DNA of 64,000 nt from Takakia lepidozioides (Eukaryota; Plantae; Bryophyta), in assembly GCA_030704615.1 (NCBI GenBank), contig CM060733.1, forward strand, positions 27,528,001 to 27,592,000. The letters run 5' to 3'. Below are positions 1-10,965 of the stretch, one piece after another. Numbering within the stretch: the stretch's first letter is position 1; each line of letters starts with the position of its first letter. The position numbers and the translations under genes are program-made. Under the pieces are notes generated by a model. It was given only the letters and a program-made list of their open reading frames with translations, made no database searches and had not been told where the DNA came from.

Positions 1-2476
1 CTACTCTTGTTTCCAGTTCTCAGTACTCCAGTCCAGTTCCCAGTACTCTAGCCCAGTTTCCAGAATCTGGTACTCTAGTCCAGTTTCCAGTATTCAAGTC
101 GTGTTCCAATATCTTGTACTCTTGTTCATTGTTATAAAGATCGTCTTGATTCCTATTTACCCATTATGCATTCGGCCACACTGACCTTGACTTCTTGTCT
201 AGTCTTGTACCTCTAGTCTGATCTCTTGTTTGTGTTCAGTCATGTTCTCATCGTTGACACTCACCATCCAACTGAAGAATGAAAAAACACTTGTTAGTCC
301 TCTCCTGATGATTTACATCTAAATATTAGTTTATTTCATTCTAGTAGTTTTAAATTATATCTCTCTGTAGTTTAAGGCTAGTTTAATACTATTCTACAAT
401 CATTTACGGCCCCAAAAAGAGTTAAGAGAAGGGAAAAGCTTCATTGTTTCTTCACCTAGTTCATTTGTTTGCTTTGCTCTTGCTTTGTTGTAGTCTGGTT
501 TGCAGCTAGAGGGAGCCTAGGTCCTAGGGAGTCGAGCTTGAAGCTCTCTAGTTTATGAATGTGCTTTTAGAGCTAAGGCAAGGTGTCTAGCTCATTATAG
601 GCCTTGGTATCATTTTGCTTTGCTAAAAGAGGAAGTTTGTGATCACAAAGAGAGTAGATTGGATAGACTTGGGACGAGTCGAGAGCTGTGGGTGGACCAA
701 GTTGACGAGCACCTATGAGGGCCTCAAGAGTACCACACCATCGAGCCATTAGAGCATCCCGAGCTCACATTGCTCCTAAGGATGAGCACCCCCTTGCATT
801 TGCATTTGTTATTTATCCTTTGGGATATTTCCATGTGAAGTGTTTAAGACAAGCCCATGAGTGGTTGTCTTTTATATGTTGAAAACTAACCCTCTAATGT
901 GAGAAGGGAGCTTGGTTTATGTGAAGGGTTCACTTGTTAAGGAGAAGGTACTCCATTGAGTTTTGTTTCATGTGAAATAGTTCATTTGTTAAAGGAGAAG
1001 GATACTCCCTAAGGGCTAAGCATGGAGAAGGGCCTCTTAAGCCATATACTCTAGAGAGCTTGGGTATATTTTCATTTATGTTCTTGGCATTTAGTTTTGA
1101 GAAAAAGAGTCCAAAAGAGGAAGGTCCAGCAAGGATATTAGTGATTGTGAAGGCCAAGGTGGCCATTCTAACTTACTAACCCCCCCAAAAGGCAAGGGGA
1201 AGCTTCAAAGCTTAAAGGCCGGGGTTTGTTTCTTTTGTTTTTTTTCTTTATTTCCATTTATTGAGTGCCATTGCAGCTCGCTTAAGCGCGGCTGGAGGCG
1301 CTAGAGCCTTTAGCCCTAAGCAGTAGGTACCCGCGGGCCCCCGTAGCCACGCGCCCTGGCGCTGAGAGCCGCGAGGCCCCTACACAGCCTGTTGACTGAG
1401 ATATCGTACGGAGGGAAAGGACGCCGCACGCGTGCCCAGCAGCAGCGTGCGAGCTTAGAGGGACTTCGTCAGGCACCACTGGACACCCATGTTGGGCGGC
1501 GGACCGCTGGTCGCTGACTGTTACCACTCACGGACAGCTGGGTAGAGCGTTGGCGCGGGCCGCGACTGCCTGCGCCCCGCCACATGTCATGTTATGCTTT
1601 AATCCAGCAGGCGCCCCTGCGGCTGCGTAAAGGGTGTCTTTTTTAACCCTTCAACTATTGAGTATTGGGGGAATCCCTCTAGTGTTGATTTTTTTTGTAT
1701 TGAGTGAATGAAGGATAGAAAAATTCTTAGATTTGGGTAGGAGGGTGCCTTGAGGAAGGCCTTTCTTCTAAGCCGGGGCTCGGAGCTTGGGGAGTCCCGA
1801 GCTCCGAGCTATACGCTGAGACAGTGGCGATGAAACTTTTGGATGCAAAATACTCTCTCCTTGTTTTTAGGCTACAGCAGTGAATAATAAGTGGTGAGAA
1901 GTAGAAGATGACTTATTCTAGGAGGGGAAAGCGCCCTTTCCCACTTATCTAATGATATTTAGGTGCACCTGAGAAGGAAAAGGCTGGGCCCACCAGGGAG
2001 AGTAGTTTAAAGTATAACCATGCATGTTTTGGCTAGCGGATGAGCAACTATCTTCATCCGCCTCTCTGTTTTTTCATCTGTTAAGGTAGGGGCAGCAGTT
2101 CCCCGCCTCGGGAGCAATTTCCCGGGGTTATCACAGAAAAAGTGCGTTTTCAGGCTGTTCCCCGTGTCCCCTGCAGGTAATTTTTGGATCTCTGGAATCT
2201 AGAGGAAATTTCCTTTCCAGGGATTTTTATTTATTTATTTTATTTAAATTAATTTTGGCCCTTTTGTTTGCATGAATAAATAGGGAAAATTAGTCCTAGA
2301 GATTTGGATTTAAATTGATCCTTAGAACCCAAATTTAGGGAATTCCAAAGGCCCTCTTGAGAGGTGGGTTGAACTCAACCACCCAGGAATTGGAGGGGCG
2401 TTGGGAAGAGGTGGTCCATCTTCCTCCCTAAACACGGTAAGTGCTTTGTGAATGGGCAACGGATTAGGTCCTGGCT
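1..2476. repeat. Probable non-coding remnant of a large repeat/LTR element; degenerate ~20-bp tandem repeats at 1-130
   Basis: No credible ORF. Short tandem units (CCAGTTyCCAGTACTCTAG-like) at the window start, repeated AAGGAGAAGGnTACTCC near 940-1010, and a GC-rich block at 1280-1630. Boundaries are not resolvable. Confidence 0.3.
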
Positions 2477-4367
2477 AGAGAGAGAGAGAAGACGCCGGCC
2501 AAGGCCGGCGTAACTAAGAGCCACTTCGCCTTGCGGCTACTGCCTCCTTTCGGAGGTGGGCACTATAAAAACGCGGGTGTCCAAGGAACACCAATATCAG
2601 GGGATGGAGGTATCAGGGGTACTTAAGGAATCCCGGGGGTCCCCCGGGCACCCGTGGGTACTTAGAGAGTCCAGAGAAGTCTAGGGTACCGGGGTGGGGT
2701 TGGCTTCGAGTAGCCTCTTGTTTGTAATGATAGCTGTGAGAGAGCGTAAGGCCGTGAGGTGTATTGCTTTAAAACACTTGTGGATGGGAGATATCGGGAT
2801 ATGGAAGTTATCGTGCAATGCCGCAATGCTAGCATTGTGAGAGTGTGCCAGTGTTCCAGCCCCTGCGGCGGATAATAAGAATAAGTGGTGCATACTTTTG
2901 TCATTTTTCTAGGATGGAGGAGGTGGGATAGCGGTCATGGCAGTATGTGAATTCGACGAAGTAGATGGTAATATGCGGGGATGGGGAGGTGGGCGGGAGG
3001 GTATTGATGGGTAGCCTCATGTACAAGCAGGATGTCAGGGCATAGTCTAGTAGGGTAGGAGCGAGGGGGGCGTCGGCAGGTGCATGTGAGTAACCACGGT
3101 GAAACAATATGGTCAGGGGGCTTGCCTTGGTAGGTGTCTGCATTTATGAGTGAGAACCAGCGGGTTTCGGAGCGTTGCATAAGGAATTTGTGGATGTGCC
3201 AGATTGCATGGTTATGACAGTGCTGTGCAGGCCATGGATGACCGGGTGGGTACATTGGCTGAGGAGATGTGGACATATGTCATTAACCTGCTGGGTGTGT
3301 AAATATAAAGGACAATATGGTGAGGGGAATAGACGTGGCCAGAAAACATGTTTACGCTGGTGGCCCATATATTGAGCGTACCGGAATTTAAGTGTTTGTC
3401 TAATTTGTGCATCTGTCGCAACTTTAGAATGCCAGAAATAGTTTGACAATTTATGATGTAGTATTGTGGATTGTGTCTTTTGAATGTGGACTTTGGTGTG
3501 GCTCATAGATGTCACAGCTTGTAGATTGACTTCCTTAGTGAGGACGATTTTGAGGTTACGTACGGGTTTGGGATCGGGGGGATTTGGGATAGGGTGTACA
3601 AGCTAGAATGGATAGGTATGCGCAATATGAATAGGATCATCGGTAAGGTCAACAAAGGGCTAGAGAGCGCCAGTTTGTGCGAGAAGGTCAGCCTCTTCGT
3701 TACCACCAATTCTAGTGTGTGAGTGGACTTTTAGAAAGTGGATGGGTTGGCCCAAGGATATGGTTAGTCTGATTATGGCTGAAATAAGGTTGCGATTTGG
3801 GTGATGGTGATGTGAGGTGGGGCAAGAGAGATGGTTACGGATAAGAAAGAGCGATGTAAGACTGTCTGTAAAGATATATTGTGGAGGGGAGAATGAAGAT
3901 AATTGGGAGAGAGCTTCACAGATGGCCATGAGCTCAGCCCGGAGTATGGTGGCAGGCCCGAGAAGTCTGGAGGCCGTGCCTTGGTTTGTGGTAGCGTGAT
4001 ACACGCCGTACTCGGCGTTGGCTCCTGTGAGAGAGCCATTAGTATAGTGTGAGTGGGTCGGAGCGTATTTCATGGGTAAGTGTTGGTGGTGTGGCGGAGG
4101 AGTATTCGGTGCGAGTAGAGGGACAAGAGGGGGGCATGGGGGTGTTTTGATTCAGGCTTTACTTAGGTTGATTTTGAGGCTGGTCTGTTGACAGGGGTAG
4201 TTGGACTGTGGGATAGGGAGTGAGGAGTGGGGTTTAGGTCAACAGTGACCGTGAGGCCATGAGGTCGTGTGAGTGCATGTTTAAGGTTGGCGAGCATTGT
4301 GTGTGATATGGGGGGGGGGGGGGATGTATGCTGGACATGTAGGAATAGTGGGTCCCAACTATTAGCG
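2477..4367 (-). mobile_element. Degenerate 3' part of a non-LTR retrotransposon with RNase H, Zn-knuckle and restriction-like endonuclease (RandI/Dualen-like)
   Basis: ORF 3660-4073 is RNase H (YTNGS, RAELMAI, IFTDSLTS, KVHSHTRIGGNEEADLLA). ORF 3144-3515 has YCPL..H....DICPHLLSQC. ORFs 2935-3276 and 2901-3143 give CPDILLV and IYFVEFTYCHD (PD-(D/E)xK-like). Structured 3' end and (TC)n tail at 2477-2570. Frameshifts and stops are present. Confidence 0.7.
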
Positions 4368-4873
4368 TGTCGTGCGCATACATATTACTACACAAGTACA
4401 TCGTTGTCCAATCCACACATTACATATGCACACCACACACTAGTATGCCACAATATATCTTATACTACAAGTGATCAAACAGAGCTCACTTGTACAAATA
4501 AACTCTCATGCTTCACTCAAATAAAACATCACTCTACATATTGGTCGAGCCTAGGGCACCCCAAGCTATGGGGAATCCACCCATCCAACCTATTCTCCCT
4601 CCATAAGCACACTCACACACAAGAGAGACAGCTCGGTCGTGTAGGCTCAACTCGAGAGAGATGAGCCTCACGCCCACGAGCGTGAGAATAAGCTCTTTTA
4701 AGGTGTCAAGTTGACCTTGATACCTGACTTAACACTTGAACTTATTCCAAATGTTAAGATATAAATAACTAGGTTTATTATAGCTAGTTTCACATTAGGA
4801 AATTAGTTATTTTCACACTAACTAGTGGACTAGTGAACTAGTTAATTTCACTAGTATTAAAAACTACTTGACA
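4368..4873 (-). mobile_element. Diverged solo A-B terminal unit of the methyltransferase-encoding gypsy family
   Basis: Reverse complement begins TGTCAAG (A start) and ends GTATGCGCACGACA (B end). The B-like part 4368-4452 is 85 bp, the same length as B in the full element. It shares GCTCATCTCTCTCGAGTTGAGCC, CCCCATAGCTTGGGGTGCCC and the inverted repeats of A. Flanks AGCG/ACCT are not an intact TSD. Confidence 0.85.
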
Positions 4874-5399
4874 ACCTGTTTGGGGGTTTAGGCCAGTAGG
4901 ATTTAGCTAATAAACTGAAGACTTGGAAGACAATTGAAAGATTTAAAAAAATACAAAAGTATAACGTAGGACTTAGGAACGCAATCTCGCCCTGTGAAGG
5001 AGAACTTGATCGCCTTTTTGCCGGTAGAATTAGATCTAGATTAGAAGCCGCCACTAGAATTACCACGGAACCCCCTACACTAACCACAGTTGGGTGAATG
5101 ATTCTTGAGCCCAACCCCTTCCGCTACACACCTCGACCCTTCCCAGCTAGTATGTCATCACCCTGACCGCGCGCGTCCCAGGCTGGTCAGTTGGTGGCCC
5201 GAGGTTGTGGACGTACCAACTGGAGACCAATATTAGCCTCATTGAAGATTTTACATACCAGGGGGTTATTGATGAAGCCCATTATTGAAATTGTGGGACG
5301 ACATATCAATAGCAATCAAACATGGATAATAACATACTCTTATCAACCTGGGCCGGGGTTCAAAAACAAATCTTCAACCATTTTTCAGGAGCCTATCAT

Positions 5400-5950
5400 C
5401 ATCTACATATTGTAAGTACTTTTATTAAAGTTTAAAGTGATGGTGTATATTGGGCAATGTGAGAGTTAAGTGATGATGGAAACGCTCGAGCATTGCCTTC
5501 TAGGTTGCCACGCTCCCAGAAAAATTTGGACTCTGGTGAAAGACCTTTACAGAGATTGGGACCCTCAACCACTGTCACCCATCAAGCTGTTGCTTAACTA
5601 TGACGCACACTCTAAGAGCACAACAATACATTGTCCGGTCTTCGAGTCTCTTCGGGCACGGGACAACAGTCCATGGGGGCATCCCCAGAATTTGACAGGG
5701 ATATTAACTGGAGGCACATCAAGACGGCTGCCAGACTCAAGTTTCTTTAGACATTATCATAAACTCCAATAGACCCAAGCTGTGTAGCCAATCTTTGATC
5801 AGTTGAATCTTCGCATAATGATGCTCACCTTGGAACGCGACTACAATCCTTGTACGCTGTCCGTAGAGCTCCTGCTCGTCCACCCTGACCCCCTAAGCGT
5901 CCAGCCCTTAGGGCTCGTCTAAACACTTCTATGCTCGTAAGCACTCCTAC
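5400..5950 (+). mobile_element. L1-type LINE ORF2 C-terminal fragment (zf-RVT-like)
   Basis: ORF 5470-5772 contains ETLEHCLLGCHAPRKIW, the E(T/S)xxHxxxxCxxxxxxW motif of L1 ORF2 Zn fingers. Boundaries approximate. Confidence 0.55.
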
Positions 5951-6411
5951 ACAGAGAGAATGGTTTTCATCCAGGATTGGATGGATGGCCAATCTGGTCA
6001 GCACTATTTCACAGAAACACTGTGGAGATGTTTAGCATCCATCTAGATTGATGCTAGTTGTTCTCACATTGATACACTCCATTTTAAGGGGGCAGTTCCA
6101 CCTTCACTGATTACGGTGTGTGTGCCTGTATGGCGTTCCAACGGGGTTTTAATTTTTTTCCCCACAAATAATTATCATAATAAAGTTTCAGGGTCGAGGC
6201 CCTTTCCCAAAACAAAAAAGAAAAAAAGAAAAAAAAGAAAAAAAAAATGTGATGAGCAAGGCTACCATAATGCTTAAAGTATTCTATTTATTCCCTAACT
6301 ACCTTTGAGAGCAGCGGACACTAAATGCCATGGTAGCAAGCCCTCTCCACCCACTTGAGATTGATACATGGAAACATTTTTTTTATAGTTTAAAAAAAAT
6401 AAAAAATAAAA

Positions 6412-8178
6412 CACCTGGGAGCGACGGCTCACAAATCAGGCCCCTCGATAGTGAAGAGACAGTTTGTGCCCCTCAACGCGTCCTGGCTCGCCCGGGACAA
6501 GATGAGGAATTTGAAGCAAACGGATGATATTCGGGGATATGTTCAAGCTTTCAATGTGTTGTTGCTCGAAGTCGCAGACATGGCAGAACCAGAAATGGTC
6601 TTCAACTTTGTGGTGGGACTGGCCCCATGGGCCAGGCGGAAGTTGGAGGAGAAGCCACCTAAGACTTTGAACGAGGCAATTGAGAGGGCTGAATGTTTCT
6701 CGGATGTCCCTAGGGGCGAAAGACAAGGCCGTACGGAGCTGAACCACAAGAAGACCCGGCGGGAAGGTGACTCCTTTATACCGGAAAAGAAGTGGGATAG
6801 GCCACGCGGCGACAATGGCACGTGGAAATCGAAGGGAGGGCCTTCAAACGCCAAGACGACACCCGGTGCTCCGAAAGGAAAATCAGGTACGACGCCTTAT
6901 GGCGGACAAAAGACGACCTTTGATGGAGTATGCTTCAATTGTGGGGAGCCCGGGCACATGGCCAAGAAATGCACAAAACCCCGACAATTGAACATGACTC
7001 GGACAACCACGGAGTTGTCCGAAGATTCCATCAGCCACTTGGTAGAGGCGGTGGTCGCCAAGACTTGCAAGGTAGGCAACTACTCTTGTGAGTTGTATCA
7101 GGAAACTGGCGCCTTGCGTAAAGGGAATCAGTTAATGTTTGTGAGTGGGATAATCTCCGGAACTAACGTGTCGTTGGTGGTGGACACAGGAGCGTCGCAC
7201 TCCGTCATGACACCGGCAATGGCACGGAAGCTGGGACTTCCGACAAGTGATGTGGGGGCCTCTATTGAGGTGCGTTCTGCCAAAGGAGAACCACAATTGG
7301 CGACGAGGTTGGCGTTCAATGTTCCTCTTCAATTGGGGAGTTGGGAGGGACGTGCGAACTTCACCATTTGCGAGATCGATGGAGTGGATCTCATTTTGGG
7401 GATGACCTTTTTGAGCAAATCCGGACCGGTCATAGATGGCCGCAAGAGCGTAGTCACGCTACCGTGTGGGAATGGTGGCAAGGTTTTACGAGTGTCGGAA
7501 ACGCCCAACCCTGTGGGAGGGCAAATAAACCTTCTGTCAGCAAGGGAGTGGGCCGTGGAGGAGTCATACGAGCCCCAGTTTTTGCTTTACGTAAGACAAG
7601 TGAAGGGAGAAGGCAATAGGGAGCCGAGCCCAGATTGGATCAAAGGAATCTTGGAGAAATACCAGGATGTGATGCCGGAGGATTTACCAAGCGGCTTGCC
7701 ACCGCGAAGGGGAGTTGACCACAAGATTGAGGTGATACCAGGATCGGAGCCGCCTGCCAAGGCGCCCTACCGGTTGAGCCACAGAGAGTTGGTTGAGCTG
7801 AAGACCCAGCTCAAGGATCTAATGTCAAAGGGGTACATTCAGCCGAGTAAGTCACCTTACGGAGCCCCGGTGCTATTCGCAGACAAGAATGATGGGACGT
7901 TGCGGATGTGTGTCGACTACAGGGCTCTGAATAAGGTGACTATCAAGAACTGGTACCCTTTGCCAAGAATCGACGACCTCTTCGATCGGTTGGCAGGAGC
8001 GAAGTATTTCAGCTGGATCGATTTGCGCTCCGGCTACCATCAAATCCGCGGGGCGGAAGGAGATGAGGAGAAAACCGCGTGCAGGAGTACAAGATATGGT
8101 TCGTATGAGTTCTTGGTGATGCCACCTTGCTGTGAAGGCTTTCCGATGCAACACTTGCGCAGGGAAGGGGGAGAATAG
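6412..8178 (+). mobile_element. Truncated Ty3/gypsy gag-pol fragment (gag, CCHC knuckle, aspartic protease, N-terminal RT); no LTRs
   Basis: ORF 6451-8178: [68 protein letters not shown]. It breaks off before the YxDD motif and runs into a purine tract AGGGAAGGGGGAGAA (8161-8175). Confidence 0.9.
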
Positions 8179-8189
8179 CGTACCACACC

Positions 8190-8263
8190 TGTCAAGTAGC
8201 AGGATTTGACCCCAGAATCATATGGGTGGCACTGAGTGCACTTACCAACTGAGCTACTGACTA
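8190..8263 (-). repeat. tRNA-derived SINE head or tRNA-like relic
   Basis: Minus strand has A-box TAGCTCAGTTGG and B-box-like GGGTCAAATCC at tRNA spacing; no convincing anticodon arm. Confidence 0.5.
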
Positions 8264-8341
8264 TTGGTGCCCTTATCAATATCAACATCAATGCCACCAA
8301 AGCCTTAGCCCAGTGTCCGGGTCCTAGCATCAATATCACCT

Positions 8342-8695
8342 TGTCAAGTTAAATAAACACAGTGTGAAACTAACTAGAATAAAACTAGTTATTTGTATTT
8401 AACACTTGGATTTAGTTCAAGTGTTAAGTTAGGTGTCAAGTTTGAGCTTGACACCTGAACCATTTTATCTTCACGAGAGCGTCAGTCGCGCAGCTCATCT
8501 CTCTCGAGTTGAGCCTGCGCGACCGAGCTCCTTCATCGTTTAGAACTGAGTGTACTTATGATGGGAGGATAGGTTGTTGTGGGGTGGAGTCCCCATAGCT
8601 TGGGGTGCCCCTGGCTCGACTATTATCTGAAAGAGTGATGATGAGATGGATTTCATGTTTCTTGTGTGAACAGTGTGTCTTTAGCTTTCTTATCA
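8342..8695 (+). repeat. Terminal repeat A1 (354 bp)
   Basis: Matches 19970-20323 with one substitution found by eye (AAGTTAGG vs AAGTCAGG). Starts TG, ends CA. Confidence 0.95.
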
Positions 8696-8709
8696 CTCGA
8701 GAGAGATGA
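8695..8709 (+). promoter_or_regulatory. Putative self-priming primer-binding site
   Basis: ACTCGAGAGAGATGA is the exact reverse complement of 8495-8509 (TCATCTCTCTCGAGT) inside A1. No TGG-type tRNA PBS follows A1. Confidence 0.7.
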
Positions 8710-10377
8710 CTCTATCTAGTTTTTCAGTGCTAAGCTAGATATGATGTTTTTGTTTTTTAAGCATTATTATAATATAGCTTGGTCAAGGGGAGCAGAACAG
8801 GAAGGCGGAAACCATTCGAAGTGTTGCTGCAGCAGTTCAAAGCCAACAATAATCGGCCCTGGGGATGCCCGTTTGTTTGAGGCTGGTGGAAGCATTCGCA
8901 GGGGTCGCCTACACATTCTCATTTGGAGTGTGCGCTGCAGGTAATCCTGTTGCGGTGGGGTCCCTGGTGTCAAACCAGGCTGTTGCGGTGGTAGGAGGGT
9001 CAGCGTGCCGCGGCGGATGGTTTTGCTGCAGAGCTCGCGATTCCCAAGCGCGGTGGAGCAATATGTTGAAATTCCAGTAGTGCAAGCATCATGAATGTGT
9101 GTTGCAGGTCGATTGGGTGGTTGATGGACTTGCGCCTCCGTGCAAGAATTTGAGAGAGACACAGATTACTTGCCATGGCAGCTACATAAGGGAGAAAGTG
9201 ACCTCGAGGATGAATATAAGAAGGGATATGCTCTAGAAGTCGCTTTTGCTCCTCAATAATTTCTAACGCAGAGAGTAGAAACAGCGTGTCATTTTGGTAC
9301 CCGGCATGAAGACGACAGAGGTCGTGGCTCTGGCCTGACTCCCTACAGTAAGCAGGAAATATATCCTACTTACAATCCCGGGAACAAATGGGTAAGAGCT
9401 TCGAAGGCTGGCTCAGATCGTTTGAGATCTGCAGACATATTTCTTGTTTTCGAGCAATGTGGCAGACAGCTGCTGTCATTCCAGCTGAGAAGGTGGATGT
9501 GATGTCCATGTAAGCATTAGCTATTCACAACCTACAACGTCTTCGTAGTCCACAGTCGACTATTTGCCGTTCTCTTTCTGCCGCGGTTGCCAAATTGACC
9601 CGGCGATTAGGAGGCTGAAGCTATGGCAGGAGTTGAGACAGGCCATGACGCACCAGCCATGGTAGTGTCTGAAGGGAAGACTGTTGCAGTTATCATGGTC
9701 GGCGGTCCAACAAAAGGCGATCCAAAATCTCTTTGGTAGGTGGTGTGGGGCCATTCAGGCTATGAACGTGCGGCTCGAACTTTACCAGCCGATCAATGAC
9801 CCGGCATGGGGGCTTATTGCACCACTGGGTGTAGATGCTCGGATTCTTGCAAGGATAGGTAATCGGGGGAGGCGAGAAGGTCGTATGCTTTCTCCACTTT
9901 CCCTTGCATCTCGACCCCGGAGGCCATCTCCATAACAAACGCCCTGTCACCTTTTAGGAGTGCAACTCCATCTTGCGCAGGGTGTAGTAGTTCGATTTTG
10001 AGAACTCCAGACCAAAGCTTGCTGCCATGCTTCGTGACGCCATGAGTGGGGAGTATAAGACCTTGCCTAGAGGGATATTCATTTCCTCAAGTCGTTTCCT
10101 GGCACGACACAAGGCTTGCTCTTTGGGCATATCGGTGTCACCATCGAACCTGGTGAGAATGTGACAGGGAGTAGCAGACAGGCCTGAGTTCGGGACAATT
10201 GGGGTGGAAGTTAGCACCTCACCGAGCGATTTATCGCACCCATGAGCAGGTTGTGTATGGCTCCTCTTTCGCTCCATCTAGGATGGGTTCCACGCCGAAT
10301 GCCACTGGTTCAATGCCCTCTGCCCTATCGACCTGACAGGAGGCCAGAGCCTCGTACCTTCTAATCTCGCTCCTATG

Positions 10378-10560
10378 AACTTCGTTCCTGCACCTGCGGA
10401 AAAGGGTGTCGCAGGGTTTATGATCAACTCTCTTATGGGTGGAGTCTTTGCAGCTGTGTCTCAGACTGCTGCGGCTCCCATCGAGCGAGTGAAGCTTCTC
10501 ACCCAGAACCAAGATGAAATGCTGAAATCAGGTCGCCTTGCAGAGCAGTTCACCAGTGTT
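10378..10560 (+). pseudogene. AAC: Captured fragment of a mitochondrial ADP/ATP carrier gene inside the retroelement
   Basis: FVPAPAEKG...[36 protein letters not shown] matches the start of carrier repeat 1 of plant AACs ([36 protein letters not shown]). Confidence 0.9.
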
Positions 10561-10965
10561 TGAAACACATGTAGGTGAAATCCAGGGAATCTGTGAACTA
10601 CATGGACGTGTTGGGAACTCGTAGGTGACTTGGGAACAGTTTTTGATGGTGAGAACGTTTTGGGTGTGAAAAATTAAAAGAAATTCGTTCTTTGATCTAA
10701 TTTAAATTAGATAGAGCTTGTTTGGCCATAACTTCGGCCTACCAAGGCCGTTTGACCCAAAACTTGCACAGGGACCTACAGAAAGGGGAAATCTACCTAT
10801 CTAGACCCTTTTTGCACCAGAAGAGAATGATCTATTCTCGGAATGGTCGAATAGATCATCAGAATTGATACTGGAACGTGTGGTTGACGAAGTTGAAGAT
10901 CTTGAACCATTCAGATTTTAGTTTTTTGGACTCTGCTAAAAATCTATGGAAGTTTTTGAGTGTGA

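Noticed and set aside
1-130. Short spaced repeats considered as a CRISPR-like array
   Set aside because: Degenerate tandem units without unique spacers, in a eukaryotic context.
5120-5225. Possible HDV-like ribozyme (minus-strand CAGTTGGT/ACCAACTG and CGTCC/GGACG pseudoknot)
   Set aside because: No convincing P3/L3, P1.1 or catalytic J4/2 segment; the pairing could be chance in GC-rich sequence.
8186-8199. ACACCTGTCAAGTA resembling the left junction of the element
   Set aside because: Similarity does not extend beyond about 10 bp; it is the end of the tRNA-like relic.
8190-8263. Functional tRNA gene (likewise 33050-33124)
   Set aside because: Pol III boxes are present but there is no proper cloverleaf or anticodon arm; treated as SINE-like relics.
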